Below are positions 52,981 through 61,876 of a stretch of 64,000 nt of DNA, piece after piece. The position numbers and the translations under genes are program-made. Numbering within the stretch: the stretch's first letter is position 1; each line of letters begins with the position of its first letter. This DNA comes from an uncultured Flavobacteriaceae bacterium (GTDB lineage Bacteria; Bacteroidota; Bacteroidia; Flavobacteriales; Flavobacteriaceae): positions 86,082 to 150,081 of the forward strand of contig CAJIYH010000001.1 of the NCBI GenBank assembly GCA_905181615.1. The letters are read 5' to 3'. The notes beneath the pieces were generated by a model, which did no database searches, was not told the DNA's origin, and saw only the letters and a program-made list of their open reading frames with translations.

Positions 52981-53259
52981 ATGTATTTAGAAATTATATC
53001 TCCAGAGTCAACCCTTTTTACGGGTAATATTGATTCTTTAACTGTACCGGGAACTGATGGGTCTTTTCAAGTTCTAGAAAATCACGCAGCTATTGTTTCT
53101 AATTTAATTTCAGGAGCTATAGTTTTCAAGGGAACTTTTGACGCTTCAAAAAGTTTTGATGCGCCCTTTTCGAAAATTGATTCTAGTTCTGTTGCATTAA
53201 AGATTTCCTCTGGAACACTTGAAATGCAAGACAATAAAATTATTTTATTGGTTGATTAA
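52981..53259 (+). CDS. atpC: F0F1 ATP synthase subunit epsilon (short form)
   Basis: 92 aa directly after atpD, with a typical N-terminal beta-sandwich sequence. Confidence 0.85.
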   Translation: MYLEIISPESTLFTGNIDSLTVPGTDGSFQVLENHAAIVSNLISGAIVFKGTFDASKSFDAPFSKIDSSSVALKISSGTLEMQDNKIILLVD

Positions 53260-53289
53260 GGATTCTGAAACGATTTGAGAATACCAAAC

Positions 53290-53322
53290 ACCTGTAAATT
53301 AAAACTAATTACAGGTTTTTTT
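53290..53322 (+). terminator. Rho-independent terminator after atpC
   Basis: CCTGTAA (53291-53297) / TTACAGG (53309-53315) followed by T7. Confidence 0.7.
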
Positions 53323-53343
53323 ATTTTAGACTAAATTTATATT

Positions 53344-55179
53344 ATGAGAAAATTAAGCCTCATTTTTCTATCACTTTTTTCAGTTTACAACATTCACTCT
53401 CAACAAAAAGACTCTCTTGAAATCAAGATAAATAAGCTAAAAGAGGTAATTTTAAACTCAACTCGTATTGACCTACCCCTTTCTCAACAGTCCAGAAACA
53501 TTCAGGTAATTAGTTCTTTAGATATTCAAAAAAGTGGAGCTACTAGTGTTGTTGCTTTGCTTCAGCAAATTTCGGGCATCGACATTAGACAACGAGGAGT
53601 AGAAGGTATGCAAGCTGATTTATATATTCGTGGAGGAAGTTTTGATCAAACCTTACTTTTGATTGACGGAATTAAATTAGAAGATGCCCAAACGGGACAT
53701 CACACCCTTAATCTTTTGCCTCCTGTAGGTTTAATAGAACGCATTGAAATTCTGAAAGGTCCTGCAGCTAGAATTTACGGTCAAAATGCTTTTACAGGGG
53801 CAGTTAATATTGTCACAAAAGAAGCCGGATTAGGAGCAAATCAGCTGAATGTTTTGGCAGGGTCTTATAAACAAAAGCAATTCAAATCTACCTTACAATC
53901 AAAAGGCAAACTCGGAGGGGTTTTAGGCCATTTTTCATACAACACATCCAACGGATACCGTCACAACACCGATTTCATCAATAGAAATTATTTTGTAAAA
54001 GGAAATTTTAAAACTAAGGAAATTCCTTTTCAGTTTTTGGGATATTTTTCTGATCGTGAATTTGGAGCCAATGGGTTTTATGCTACTCCTTCTGCAACAG
54101 AGCAATACGAAGAAACCCAAGCAAGTTTAGTTGCCCTAACCTCAGTAATTAAAAAAGAAAATTCGATTTTTAAACCAAGAATATATTGGCGTCGAAGCCA
54201 GGATATGTATGTTTATATTCGAGACAACCCAAGTGTTTATAGAAACCTACACATTACCAATAAGGTCGGAATTGCCTTAGATTATAGCTTGTTCTCTTCT
54301 CTTGGAACAACCGGAATAGGGGTTGACTTTTCTCGTGTAAACATAAGCAGTAATAATTTAGGAGAACATGATCGCATGATGACCAACATTTTTGCTGAAC
54401 ATCGTTTTCTTCTTTTGGAAGATAACTTGGACATAACCCCAGGAATTGCTTTTAATAATTATTCAGATTTTGGGACTCATTTTTTCCCAGGAATTGATTT
54501 AGGCTTCGCCTTTAACACACAATTTAGGGTTTATGGAAATATTGGTACAACATACAGAATACCCACCTATACCGACTTGTATTATAGCGATAGGACTACT
54601 TTAGGAAATCCAGATTTAAAGCCTGAAAGCGCTTTGGCTTCGGAACTAGGTATTCGATATGTTACTTCCAACTTTTCAATTAGTGCGGCGTATTTTAATC
54701 GGAATTCTGAGGATTTAATTGATTGGGTAAAAGACACTGAAGAAGCATTGTGGGAAGCAAACAACATTCAAGAAGTAACTACGAGGGGTTTTGAGGTTGA
54801 ATCAAAATTATCTTATTCCTTTTTAGAAAAACCACAAAGTATCCGAATAGGGTATACGTATATAGATGATGATGTTAAGGGAGTAACAGGCTATAATTTT
54901 TCACGTTATTCTATTAATTCCCTAAAAAACCACTTCACGCTTAAAGCCTTCAACACCTGGCCCAAAAGCTTTTCCTCTACAGTAGTAATCAAACAAGCCG
55001 AACGCAGCTTAGGAGACCCCTATACGGTCTTAGATCTGAGTGCTCAATGGACTTCTTCGGTCAATCCGATTAAGGTAACATTTCTTTTAAATAATATTTT
55101 TAATGAAGTCTATACGGAAACGAATTTAGTGCCAATGCCAAAAGGCAATGGAAGTATTAGATTAGAATTTTCCTTCTAA
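53344..55179 (+). CDS. TonB-dependent receptor (small, about 610 aa)
   Basis: Signal peptide, plug domain (IEILKGPAARIYGQNAFTGAVNIVTK), beta-barrel and a terminal Phe. Confidence 0.85.
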   Translation: MRKLSLIFLSLFSVYNIHSQQKDSLEIKINKLKEVILNSTRIDLPLSQQSRNIQVISSLDIQKSGATSVVALLQQISGIDIRQRGVEGMQADLYIRGGSFDQTLLLIDGIKLEDAQTGHHTLNLLPPVGLIERIEILKGPAARIYGQNAFTGAVNIVTKEAGLGANQLNVLAGSYKQKQFKSTLQSKGKLGGVLGHFSYNTSNGYRHNTDFINRNYFVKGNFKTKEIPFQFLGYFSDREFGANGFYATPSATEQYEETQASLVALTSVIKKENSIFKPRIYWRRSQDMYVYIRDNPSVYRNLHITNKVGIALDYSLFSSLGTTGIGVDFSRVNISSNNLGEHDRMMTNIFAEHRFLLLEDNLDITPGIAFNNYSDFGTHFFPGIDLGFAFNTQFRVYGNIGTTYRIPTYTDLYYSDRTTLGNPDLKPESALASELGIRYVTSNFSISAAYFNRNSEDLIDWVKDTEEALWEANNIQEVTTRGFEVESKLSYSFLEKPQSIRIGYTYIDDDVKGVTGYNFSRYSINSLKNHFTLKAFNTWPKSFSSTVVIKQAERSLGDPYTVLDLSAQWTSSVNPIKVTFLLNNIFNEVYTETNLVPMPKGNGSIRLEFSF

Positions 55180-55664
55180 GAATTCTTTCCTTTTTTGTCT
55201 CGAATTGCATCAAAAATTAGTTCATTTTCCCAGCCTCGGTATTGTAAACGATTACATACCTTTTTCTGACAGTTTATAAAGTCCAGATGCTGATATTGAT
55301 TCCAGATTTGATCAAACAGCGTTTCAAACGTATCAAGATATTCCCCAGAGTCAATTTCTTGCATTCCTTTTTTAATATTCCAAGCACTAATACCACGAAA
55401 CTTTAGCTGACTTAAGATGCGTATTTTACCCCACTTTTTGATTTTGAATTTACCTCGAGCATAACTCTGAGCAAATCGAGTTTCGTTCAAATAATTATCG
55501 GTAATAAGTTTTCCAATAATCTGATCTATAGCAATCTGAATCATATTAAGGGATTTTAATTTTTGAATTACTTCTTGATGGCATCTCTCTTGATAGGCAC
55601 AGTAGTGTTCCAATTTTTTTTGAGCTTCCTTGATCGTAAAAGACTTGCTTTTTAGCATGGTCAA
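55176..55664 (-). CDS. recX: Regulatory protein RecX
   Basis: 162 aa with RecX-like helical repeats (YLNETRFAQSYARGK). Confidence 0.75.
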   Translation of the reverse strand: MTMLKSKSFTIKEAQKKLEHYCAYQERCHQEVIQKLKSLNMIQIAIDQIIGKLITDNYLNETRFAQSYARGKFKIKKWGKIRILSQLKFRGISAWNIKKGMQEIDSGEYLDTFETLFDQIWNQYQHLDFINCQKKVCNRLQYRGWENELIFDAIRDKKGKNS

Positions 55665-55728
55665 AAATACATTTTTAAATTGATTTTTTAAGGGTAAAAA
55701 TTGAAACCGTAGCCCTGCGAATCTTTAT

Positions 55729-55766
55729 ATAAAATAAAAAAGCGGCACTCTCGAAGGAGTGCCGCT
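55729..55766 (-). terminator. Hairpin terminator after rng
   Basis: AGCGGCACTC (55741-55750) / GAGTGCCGCT (55757-55766), with T-rich runs on both sides. Confidence 0.6.
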
Positions 55767-55774
55767 TTACTTTT

Positions 55775-57361
55775 TTAAACACGAATCGATTTTTTTTTGT
55801 TGTCATAAAAACGATAGTGTAGATACTGATAAGCATCTCGGGGTATAATTTTAACCCGTTTTTTATGCTTTAATAGCCATTGAGTTCGGATGGAAGGGAA
55901 CCCTTGGTTTAAATAAGCAGCAATAAAAGGATGAATATGTAATTCAATTTTCTTTTTTTGATGCTCTGCGTTGTTAACAATTTTGTTAAGGTCTGCGTTG
56001 ATTTTATCAAGTAAAACAATAGGCGCTTCAACCTCTCCATTTAGGTTCGGGTTTGGCTCCTTGGTTTTGATGTTCATTTCAGGACGAACCCGTTGACGGG
56101 TTATCTGAATGAGACCAAATTTACTGGGTGGTAGAATTTTGTGTTTGGTTCTGTCAGAACTCATTTCTTTCTTAAGATGTTCAAATAGAATACGTCTATT
56201 ATCACTAGATCCGAGATCGATAAAGTCAACTACCACAATTCCTCCCATATCACGAAGGCGAAGTTGACGTGCAACTTCAGAGGCCGAAATCATATTGACT
56301 TCCATGGCTGTTTCTTCTTGGTTTCTCGATTTATTGGATCGATTACCACTGTTGACATCAATTACATGTAATGCTTCCGTATGTTCTATAACTAAATAGG
56401 CTCCCTTTTGCATGGAGACTGTTTTCCCAAAGGCTGTTTTGATTTGTCGCTCTACTCCATGTTTTTCGAAAATGGGTAGCGATTCGGTATAATGTTTTAA
56501 AATACCTGCCTTTTTGGGTGCAATGGTTTGAATATAATCACCTATTTCACCGAATAACTCTTTGTCATCTACATGAATTCCGGTAAAAGAATCATCAAAA
56601 ATATCACGCAATATAGAAGAAGAGCGATCAATTTCGCTCAACACTTTAGTGGGATATTTGTTGATTTTTGAAAGACGAGCACACATGTTTTTCCAACGTA
56701 ATATAAGTTGTTGTAAATCTGCATCGAGCTCTGCTACTTTCTTGTCTTTGGCAACGGTTCGCACGATTACACCAAACCCTTTTGGTCGGATGCTTTGCAC
56801 GAGACGTTTGAGACGATTTTTTTCTTCTCGGTCTTCAATTTTTTGTGAGATGGATATTCTGTCAGAAAATGGAACCAATACCATATAACGTCCGGCTAAT
56901 GAAAGCTCAGAACTAATTCTTGGTCCTTTGGTTGAAATGGGCTCTTTAACTACTTGAACCAACATTTGTTGGTTTGAGCTAATAACCTCGCTAATCATTC
57001 CATTTTTTTGAATATCTTCTTCAAAACGAAAGTTTTTTAATAAATAATCTTTTGTTTTACCTGTACTTACCTGTTTAATAAATTTCAATAAAGTCGGAAG
57101 CTTGGGACCGAGATCCTGATAGTGTAAAAAACCATCTTTTTCGTGGCCTACATTTACAAATGCAGCATTGAGTCCCCCAACAGATTTTCGAACTTTGGCG
57201 AAAAATATATCACCAACCGAAAACTTGTTGTCCTCTATTTCTTTATTGAGCTCAATTAGTTTTCCATCCTTGAGTAATGCGAAATCAACTGCAGAGGAAT
57301 TCGATCGTATAATCAATTCTTTATTCACTCTGATTAATGTTGTGTTTATACATAATAGCAT
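55775..57361 (-). CDS. rng: Rne/Rng family ribonuclease (RNase G-like)
   Basis: S1 domain followed by the RNase E/G catalytic core (VIDVNSG, GGIVVVDFID). The start could instead be the GTG at 57328 (VNKELII). Confidence 0.9.
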   Translation of the reverse strand: MLLCINTTLIRVNKELIIRSNSSAVDFALLKDGKLIELNKEIEDNKFSVGDIFFAKVRKSVGGLNAAFVNVGHEKDGFLHYQDLGPKLPTLLKFIKQVSTGKTKDYLLKNFRFEEDIQKNGMISEVISSNQQMLVQVVKEPISTKGPRISSELSLAGRYMVLVPFSDRISISQKIEDREEKNRLKRLVQSIRPKGFGVIVRTVAKDKKVAELDADLQQLILRWKNMCARLSKINKYPTKVLSEIDRSSSILRDIFDDSFTGIHVDDKELFGEIGDYIQTIAPKKAGILKHYTESLPIFEKHGVERQIKTAFGKTVSMQKGAYLVIEHTEALHVIDVNSGNRSNKSRNQEETAMEVNMISASEVARQLRLRDMGGIVVVDFIDLGSSDNRRILFEHLKKEMSSDRTKHKILPPSKFGLIQITRQRVRPEMNIKTKEPNPNLNGEVEAPIVLLDKINADLNKIVNNAEHQKKKIELHIHPFIAAYLNQGFPSIRTQWLLKHKKRVKIIPRDAYQYLHYRFYDNKKKSIRV

Positions 57362-57467
57362 GTATAAACGGATTAAACAATAATTTTTCAGGATTTAACC
57401 TGTGAAACGCAATCTACTGATGCGTTTCATTTCAAAGAACAATGAATGTTTTTAAGTGTATTCTACA

Positions 57468-57557
57468 CTATTTTTTCTTGTGACGGTTAGCTCTGCGTCT
57501 TTTTTTACGTTTGTGAGTAGCTACCTTATGTCTTTTACGTTTCTTACCGCTTGGCAT
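57468..57557 (-). CDS. 29-aa Arg/Lys-rich peptide, probable small ribosomal protein (bS22-like)
   Basis: My own translation is MPSGKKRKRHKVATHKRKKRRRANRHKKK, running ATG to TAG. It is below the ORF-track cutoff and resembles the recalled bS22 (AURKAIP1/COX24-like) composition. Confidence 0.55.
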   Translation of the reverse strand: MPSGKKRKRHKVATHKRKKRRRANRHKKK

Positions 57558-57583
57558 AGTATGTTTAGTTGTTAATTAATAAA

Positions 57584-57874
57584 TTATTTTACTGGAACAT
57601 TAGATTTGATACCTTCAACAAATATTTTTGCTGGTTTGAAGGATGGGATGTTGTGAGCTGGAATTTTTACAGCAGTATTTTTTGAAATGTTTCTGCCTGT
57701 TTTTTCAGCTCTAGTTTTCACTACAAAACTTCCAAAGCCTCTCAAGTAAACATTTTCATTATTTTCCAGAGAAGTTTTCACTTCTGCCATAAATTTTTCT
57801 ACAGTTGCCTGTACATCACCCTTGTCAATTCCTAATTGTTCCGATATATTCGAAACGATTTCTGCTTTCGTCAT
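57584..57874 (-). CDS. HU/IHF family DNA-binding protein
   Basis: 96 aa with the RGFGSF...R.GRN motif. Confidence 0.9.
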   Translation of the reverse strand: MTKAEIVSNISEQLGIDKGDVQATVEKFMAEVKTSLENNENVYLRGFGSFVVKTRAEKTGRNISKNTAVKIPAHNIPSFKPAKIFVEGIKSNVPVK

Positions 57875-57911
57875 GTTAAATAAATTATAGTTTGTCTTAT
57901 TTTGGAGATTG

Positions 57912-57919
57912 CAAATATA
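57912..57919 (-). promoter_or_regulatory. Bacteroidota-type -7 box for the HU gene
   Basis: Plus strand reads CAAATATA, so the minus strand reads TATATTTG. It lies 37 nt upstream of the ATG. Confidence 0.4.
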
Positions 57920-57989
57920 TAAATTTATAATTTAAAATATATTAGCCTAATCCATTAATATTTAACTTTTTAAATCGCAGTCGAAGCGT

Positions 57990-57997
57990 TACTTTTG
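57990..57997 (+). promoter_or_regulatory. Bacteroidota-type -7 box for mutY
   Basis: TACTTTTG ends 6 nt before the mutY ATG. Confidence 0.35.
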
Positions 57998-58003
57998 TAA
58001 GTA

Positions 58004-59053
58004 ATGACTTGGACAAACCTATTAATGGCTTGGTATCAGATAAACAAAAGGCCTTTTCCTTGGCGAAAAAGCCGAGATCCTTATAAAATATGGCTCTCAG
58101 AAATAATTTTGCAGCAAACACGAATTGCTCAGGGGACTCCTTTTTATATTTCTTTTATTGATGCTTTCCCAACTGTAAATGATCTTGCTGCCGCAGAAGA
58201 ACAACAAGTTTTAAAACTATGGCAAGGCTTGGGCTATTATTCTAGAGCAAGAAATTTACATCATACTGCTCAAATTATTGTTTCACAATACAATTCTGTA
58301 TTCCCCAAAACTTTTGAAGAGTTGCTCTTGCTTAAAGGAGTAGGCAATTATACTGCAAGCGCAATTTCTTCTATTTGCTTTGATGAACCACAAGCGGTTG
58401 TAGATGGGAATGTTTATAGAGTTCTAGCACGTTATTTTGGAAAAGAAACTCCAATTGATGCCTCCTATGCATTAAAGGAATTTAAAAGTTTGGCTAAAGA
58501 ATTAATGGGCACTGAAGTTCCGGGAGAATTTAATCAAGCGCTTATGGAGTTTGGGGCTTTACAATGCACCCCTAAAACCCCGTCATGTGATACCTGCCCG
58601 TTTCAAATAAAATGTGTTGCGTTTAATCAAAGCCTAATAAGTAAACTGCCCTTTAAGAAAGGAAAAATAAAGGTTACTTCCAGGCACTTTAATTATCTCG
58701 TTTTTGAAACTCCTAAAAACGAAACAATCCTTACCAAAAGGATTAAAAAAGACATTTGGGAACAGTTATATGAGTTTCCATTACTTGAGAGTAGTGAGGA
58801 ACTAACCCTAAAAGAGTTAATTACAGACACACTAATATCAAACTATACGGATGCTAATGGAGTTTCTATATCGAAGCTAAACGAAAAACCAATTAAGCAT
58901 AAGTTGTCACACCAACAGTTATATATTACTTTTTGGAAAGTAAATACGGAACGCCTAATGGGACCAGTTGTTTTAGGGCAGGACATTTGCAACTACCCCG
59001 TTCCCATTGTTTTAGCTAAGTTTATTGCAAATTTTTATAATTCAAAGCCATGA
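58004..59053 (+). CDS. mutY: A/G-specific adenine DNA glycosylase
   Basis: HhH-GPD region, the 4Fe-4S loop C-x6-C-x2-C-x5-C (CTPKTPSCDTCPFQIKC) and a NUDIX-like C-terminal domain. Confidence 0.9.
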   Translation: MTWTNLLMAWYQINKRPFPWRKSRDPYKIWLSEIILQQTRIAQGTPFYISFIDAFPTVNDLAAAEEQQVLKLWQGLGYYSRARNLHHTAQIIVSQYNSVFPKTFEELLLLKGVGNYTASAISSICFDEPQAVVDGNVYRVLARYFGKETPIDASYALKEFKSLAKELMGTEVPGEFNQALMEFGALQCTPKTPSCDTCPFQIKCVAFNQSLISKLPFKKGKIKVTSRHFNYLVFETPKNETILTKRIKKDIWEQLYEFPLLESSEELTLKELITDTLISNYTDANGVSISKLNEKPIKHKLSHQQLYITFWKVNTERLMGPVVLGQDICNYPVPIVLAKFIANFYNSKP

Positions 59054-59096
59054 CTTTATTATATTTGAGAATCTTTAACCCTTTAAATCTGTCATA

Positions 59097-59510
59097 ATGA
59101 GTGGAAGCCTTAACAAAGTTATGTTGATTGGTCATCTAGGAGATGACTTAAAAATGCACTATTTCGAAGGAGGAGGAGCGATAGGAAGATTCCCTTTAGC
59201 AACCAACGAAACCTACACCAAAAAAGCAACTGGTGAGAAAGTAACCAATACAGATTGGCACAATTTAGTTGTAAGAAACAAAGCGGCCGAAGCTTGCGAA
59301 AAATATTTGAGCAAAGGAGATCGTATTTATGTTGAAGGAAAAATAAAAACCCGCAAATGGCAAGCTGAAGACGGAACGGACCGTTACAGTACAGAAATTG
59401 TTGTAGATGAATTTACCTTTTTGACTACCAAAAAAAATTCTTCTGAAGTAACTCCTCAAGCAAAACTCCCAGCACAAGATTCTTCTAAAGAAGAAGATTT
59501 GCCTTTTTAA
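59097..59510 (+). CDS. ssb: Single-stranded DNA-binding protein
   Basis: LNKVMLIGHLG OB fold and an acidic tail ending in DLPF. Confidence 0.95.
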   Translation: MSGSLNKVMLIGHLGDDLKMHYFEGGGAIGRFPLATNETYTKKATGEKVTNTDWHNLVVRNKAAEACEKYLSKGDRIYVEGKIKTRKWQAEDGTDRYSTEIVVDEFTFLTTKKNSSEVTPQAKLPAQDSSKEEDLPF

Positions 59511-59526
59511 TTTTAAATTAATCTAA

Positions 59527-60834
59527 TTGGACCCAGAACCCTTAAGCCTCTATTATCTTTTTATTTCAATTGAACCAATAATAGGTTTAAAAATAGTATT
59601 ACTTGCCTTTCTACTTATTTGCTCGGCATTAATTTCAGGAGCTGAGGTTGCCTTTTTCTCTTTGACACCATCGGTTATTGAGGAGCAAAAAGAGGCTTAT
59701 CCAAAGAAAATCTTAAAAATTGAAAATTTATTAAAGAAGCCTAAAAGGCTATTGGCTACAATACTTGTAGCTAATAATTTTATAAATATAGGCATGGTGC
59801 TCTTATTTGCTTCTTTAGGTAATTTGGTTTTTGGTGATGTTGTAAATGAATTTGTTCGACTTTTCATAGAAATAGGATTAATAACCTTTATTATTTTACT
59901 TTTTGGGGAGATCTTACCTAAGATTTATGCTAATAAAAACAGCATGATTTTCTCTAGGTTTATGGTAGGGATCATTTATTTCTTGGATCGTAAACTGCTC
60001 TTTTTTATTACCTATCCTATGAGTAGTGTAACCTTATTTTTGGAACGTAATTTTGGTCAGAAATCAAACACATTCTCAGTAAATACCCTTTCACAGGCAT
60101 TGGAATTTACCGAGCAAAAAGACACGACCAAACAAGAGGATCAAATTTTACAGGGGATCATTAATTTTGGAGCTACCGACACTAAACAAGTTATGTGCCC
60201 CAGAATTGATGTTTTTGCCCTAGACAAGGAAATGACTTTTGAAGAAATTTTACCCTTAATCATAGAAAAAGGGTTTTCTAGAATTCCAGTTTATAAAGAC
60301 AAAATGGATCAAATAGATGGAATTTTATATGTCAAAGATCTAATGCCCAACATCAGTACACCAAATTTCAAATGGCAAGATCTACTGCGCGAGCCATATT
60401 ATGTCCCTGAAAACAAAAAACTAGATGATTTGTTAAATGAATTTAAGGTCAAAAAGATGCACATGGCAGTTGTTGTTGACGAATATGGAGGAACCTCTGG
60501 AATTGTAACTTTAGAAGATCTAATAGAAGAAATTGTAGGGGATATATCTGACGAGTTTGATGAAGAAGAATTAGAATTTTCTAGAGCAGATGCTAAAAAT
60601 TTTATAATAAATGCAAAAGTCAGTTTAAAGGATTTTTATAGAATTATCGACCTTGAAGACTTCGAGGGTTTTGAAAAAGCAAAAGGAGAAGCAGAAACTT
60701 TAGCCGGTTTTATTCTTGAAATTGCGCAGCAGCTTCCTGTTTTTGGTCAAAAAATCGAATTCGAAAACATCCTATTTAAAGTAGAACTGGTTGATAAAAA
60801 ACGAATCAAACAAATCAAAGTCACCTTGCCTTAA
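59527..60834 (+). CDS. gldE: Gliding motility-associated protein GldE (CNNM/HlyC-CorC family, CBS pair)
   Basis: TTG start. It has a DUF21 TM region, a CBS pair and a CorC_HlyC domain, and lies directly upstream of a gldD-like lipoprotein. Confidence 0.8.
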   Translation: MDPEPLSLYYLFISIEPIIGLKIVLLAFLLICSALISGAEVAFFSLTPSVIEEQKEAYPKKILKIENLLKKPKRLLATILVANNFINIGMVLLFASLGNLVFGDVVNEFVRLFIEIGLITFIILLFGEILPKIYANKNSMIFSRFMVGIIYFLDRKLLFFITYPMSSVTLFLERNFGQKSNTFSVNTLSQALEFTEQKDTTKQEDQILQGIINFGATDTKQVMCPRIDVFALDKEMTFEEILPLIIEKGFSRIPVYKDKMDQIDGILYVKDLMPNISTPNFKWQDLLREPYYVPENKKLDDLLNEFKVKKMHMAVVVDEYGGTSGIVTLEDLIEEIVGDISDEFDEEELEFSRADAKNFIINAKVSLKDFYRIIDLEDFEGFEKAKGEAETLAGFILEIAQQLPVFGQKIEFENILFKVELVDKKRIKQIKVTLP

Positions 60835-60859
60835 GCCTAACTTAAACTATCTTTATACT

Positions 60860-61414
60860 ATGAAGCAGATTGTTCTAGCAGGTTTTATGTTACTAAGTTT
60901 AATTGGTTGTGCGGAGAATACACTTCCAAAACCAAATGCTTATTTGAGCTTAAATTACCCAACACCTTCTTATCAAAAAGTAGAACACGATTGTCCTTAT
61001 TATTTTGATTTAAACCAAACTGCAAAAATTATTTCTCAGCCTAATTGTTGGAATAAAATTATATACCCAGAGATGAAAGCAACCGTTTATCTTTCTTATG
61101 TTCCGGTAAAAAACAACCTAGACTCTCTTTTGTATGATGCCTACCAAATGCCGAGTAAGCATGTTGTGAAAGCTGAAGAAATTCCTGAAAGTGTTTTTCA
61201 AAATCCAGAAAAACGGGTTTACGGTACACTATTCAGTGTTGTTGGAGAAGCAGCATCTCAAGTACAATTCTTCTTGACAGACAGTACGGATCACTTTCTT
61301 GTAGGATCTTTATATTTTTATACTAGGCCAAATTATGATTCTCTTCTGCCAGCAGCTCAATATGTAGAAAATGACATGATGCGGTTAATGGAGTCTTTTG
61401 AATGGAAAGATTAA
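60860..61414 (+). CDS. gldD: Gliding motility lipoprotein GldD
   Basis: Lipobox LIGC, about 185 aa, and the conserved gldE-gldD adjacency known from Flavobacterium. The ATG at 60860 is preferred over 60791. Confidence 0.75.
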   Translation: MKQIVLAGFMLLSLIGCAENTLPKPNAYLSLNYPTPSYQKVEHDCPYYFDLNQTAKIISQPNCWNKIIYPEMKATVYLSYVPVKNNLDSLLYDAYQMPSKHVVKAEEIPESVFQNPEKRVYGTLFSVVGEAASQVQFFLTDSTDHFLVGSLYFYTRPNYDSLLPAAQYVENDMMRLMESFEWKD

Positions 61415-61417
61415 GAT

Positions 61418-61798
61418 CTATTCTGATTTGATCTCACTAAAAATGTCTACGCGTTCGTTTTTTGTTACCCCATAAACAGTCCCTACACTCTTTACTACAG
61501 AATTTAGTTCTTCATCTTTAATCAAATTTGGATCAAAAATAATTTGAGCCACAGCCCCTTCAAAACTTACTTTAGCTAACTGTATCCCCGGAGTCGCATT
61601 TAGCTTCTTTTCAATAGACGCTGCACAACCAATTGCACAAGTCATCCCCGTTATTGTAAGTTCACTTTTAACTAAATTTTCGGGGTTCAAAACAATTTGT
61701 TCTGGGACAGTAAGGTCAATTATTTTCACTTCTGCAGCTTTTTGGTTACAAGAAACAGAAAGTATTAAAAGAACAAGCATAAGGATGTTTTTCATCAC
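61418..61798 (-). CDS. Heavy-metal-associated (HMA) domain lipoprotein
   Basis: Lipobox SVSC and an HMA-like fold carrying GMTCAIGC. Confidence 0.7.
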   Translation of the reverse strand: MMKNILMLVLLILSVSCNQKAAEVKIIDLTVPEQIVLNPENLVKSELTITGMTCAIGCAASIEKKLNATPGIQLAKVSFEGAVAQIIFDPNLIKDEELNSVVKSVGTVYGVTKNERVDIFSEIKSE

Positions 61799-61876
61799 TT
61801 TTTTTTCAAAAATACTGATTTATTGGGAAAGCATTTCCCTAAAAATGATCACTTTTGCAAAATATATATATAATGT

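Noticed and set aside
53260-53343. Cobalamin or other riboswitch ahead of the small TonB-dependent receptor
   Set aside because: The 84-nt gap is mostly occupied by the atpC terminator hairpin, and no conserved riboswitch core (for example a B12 box) is visible.
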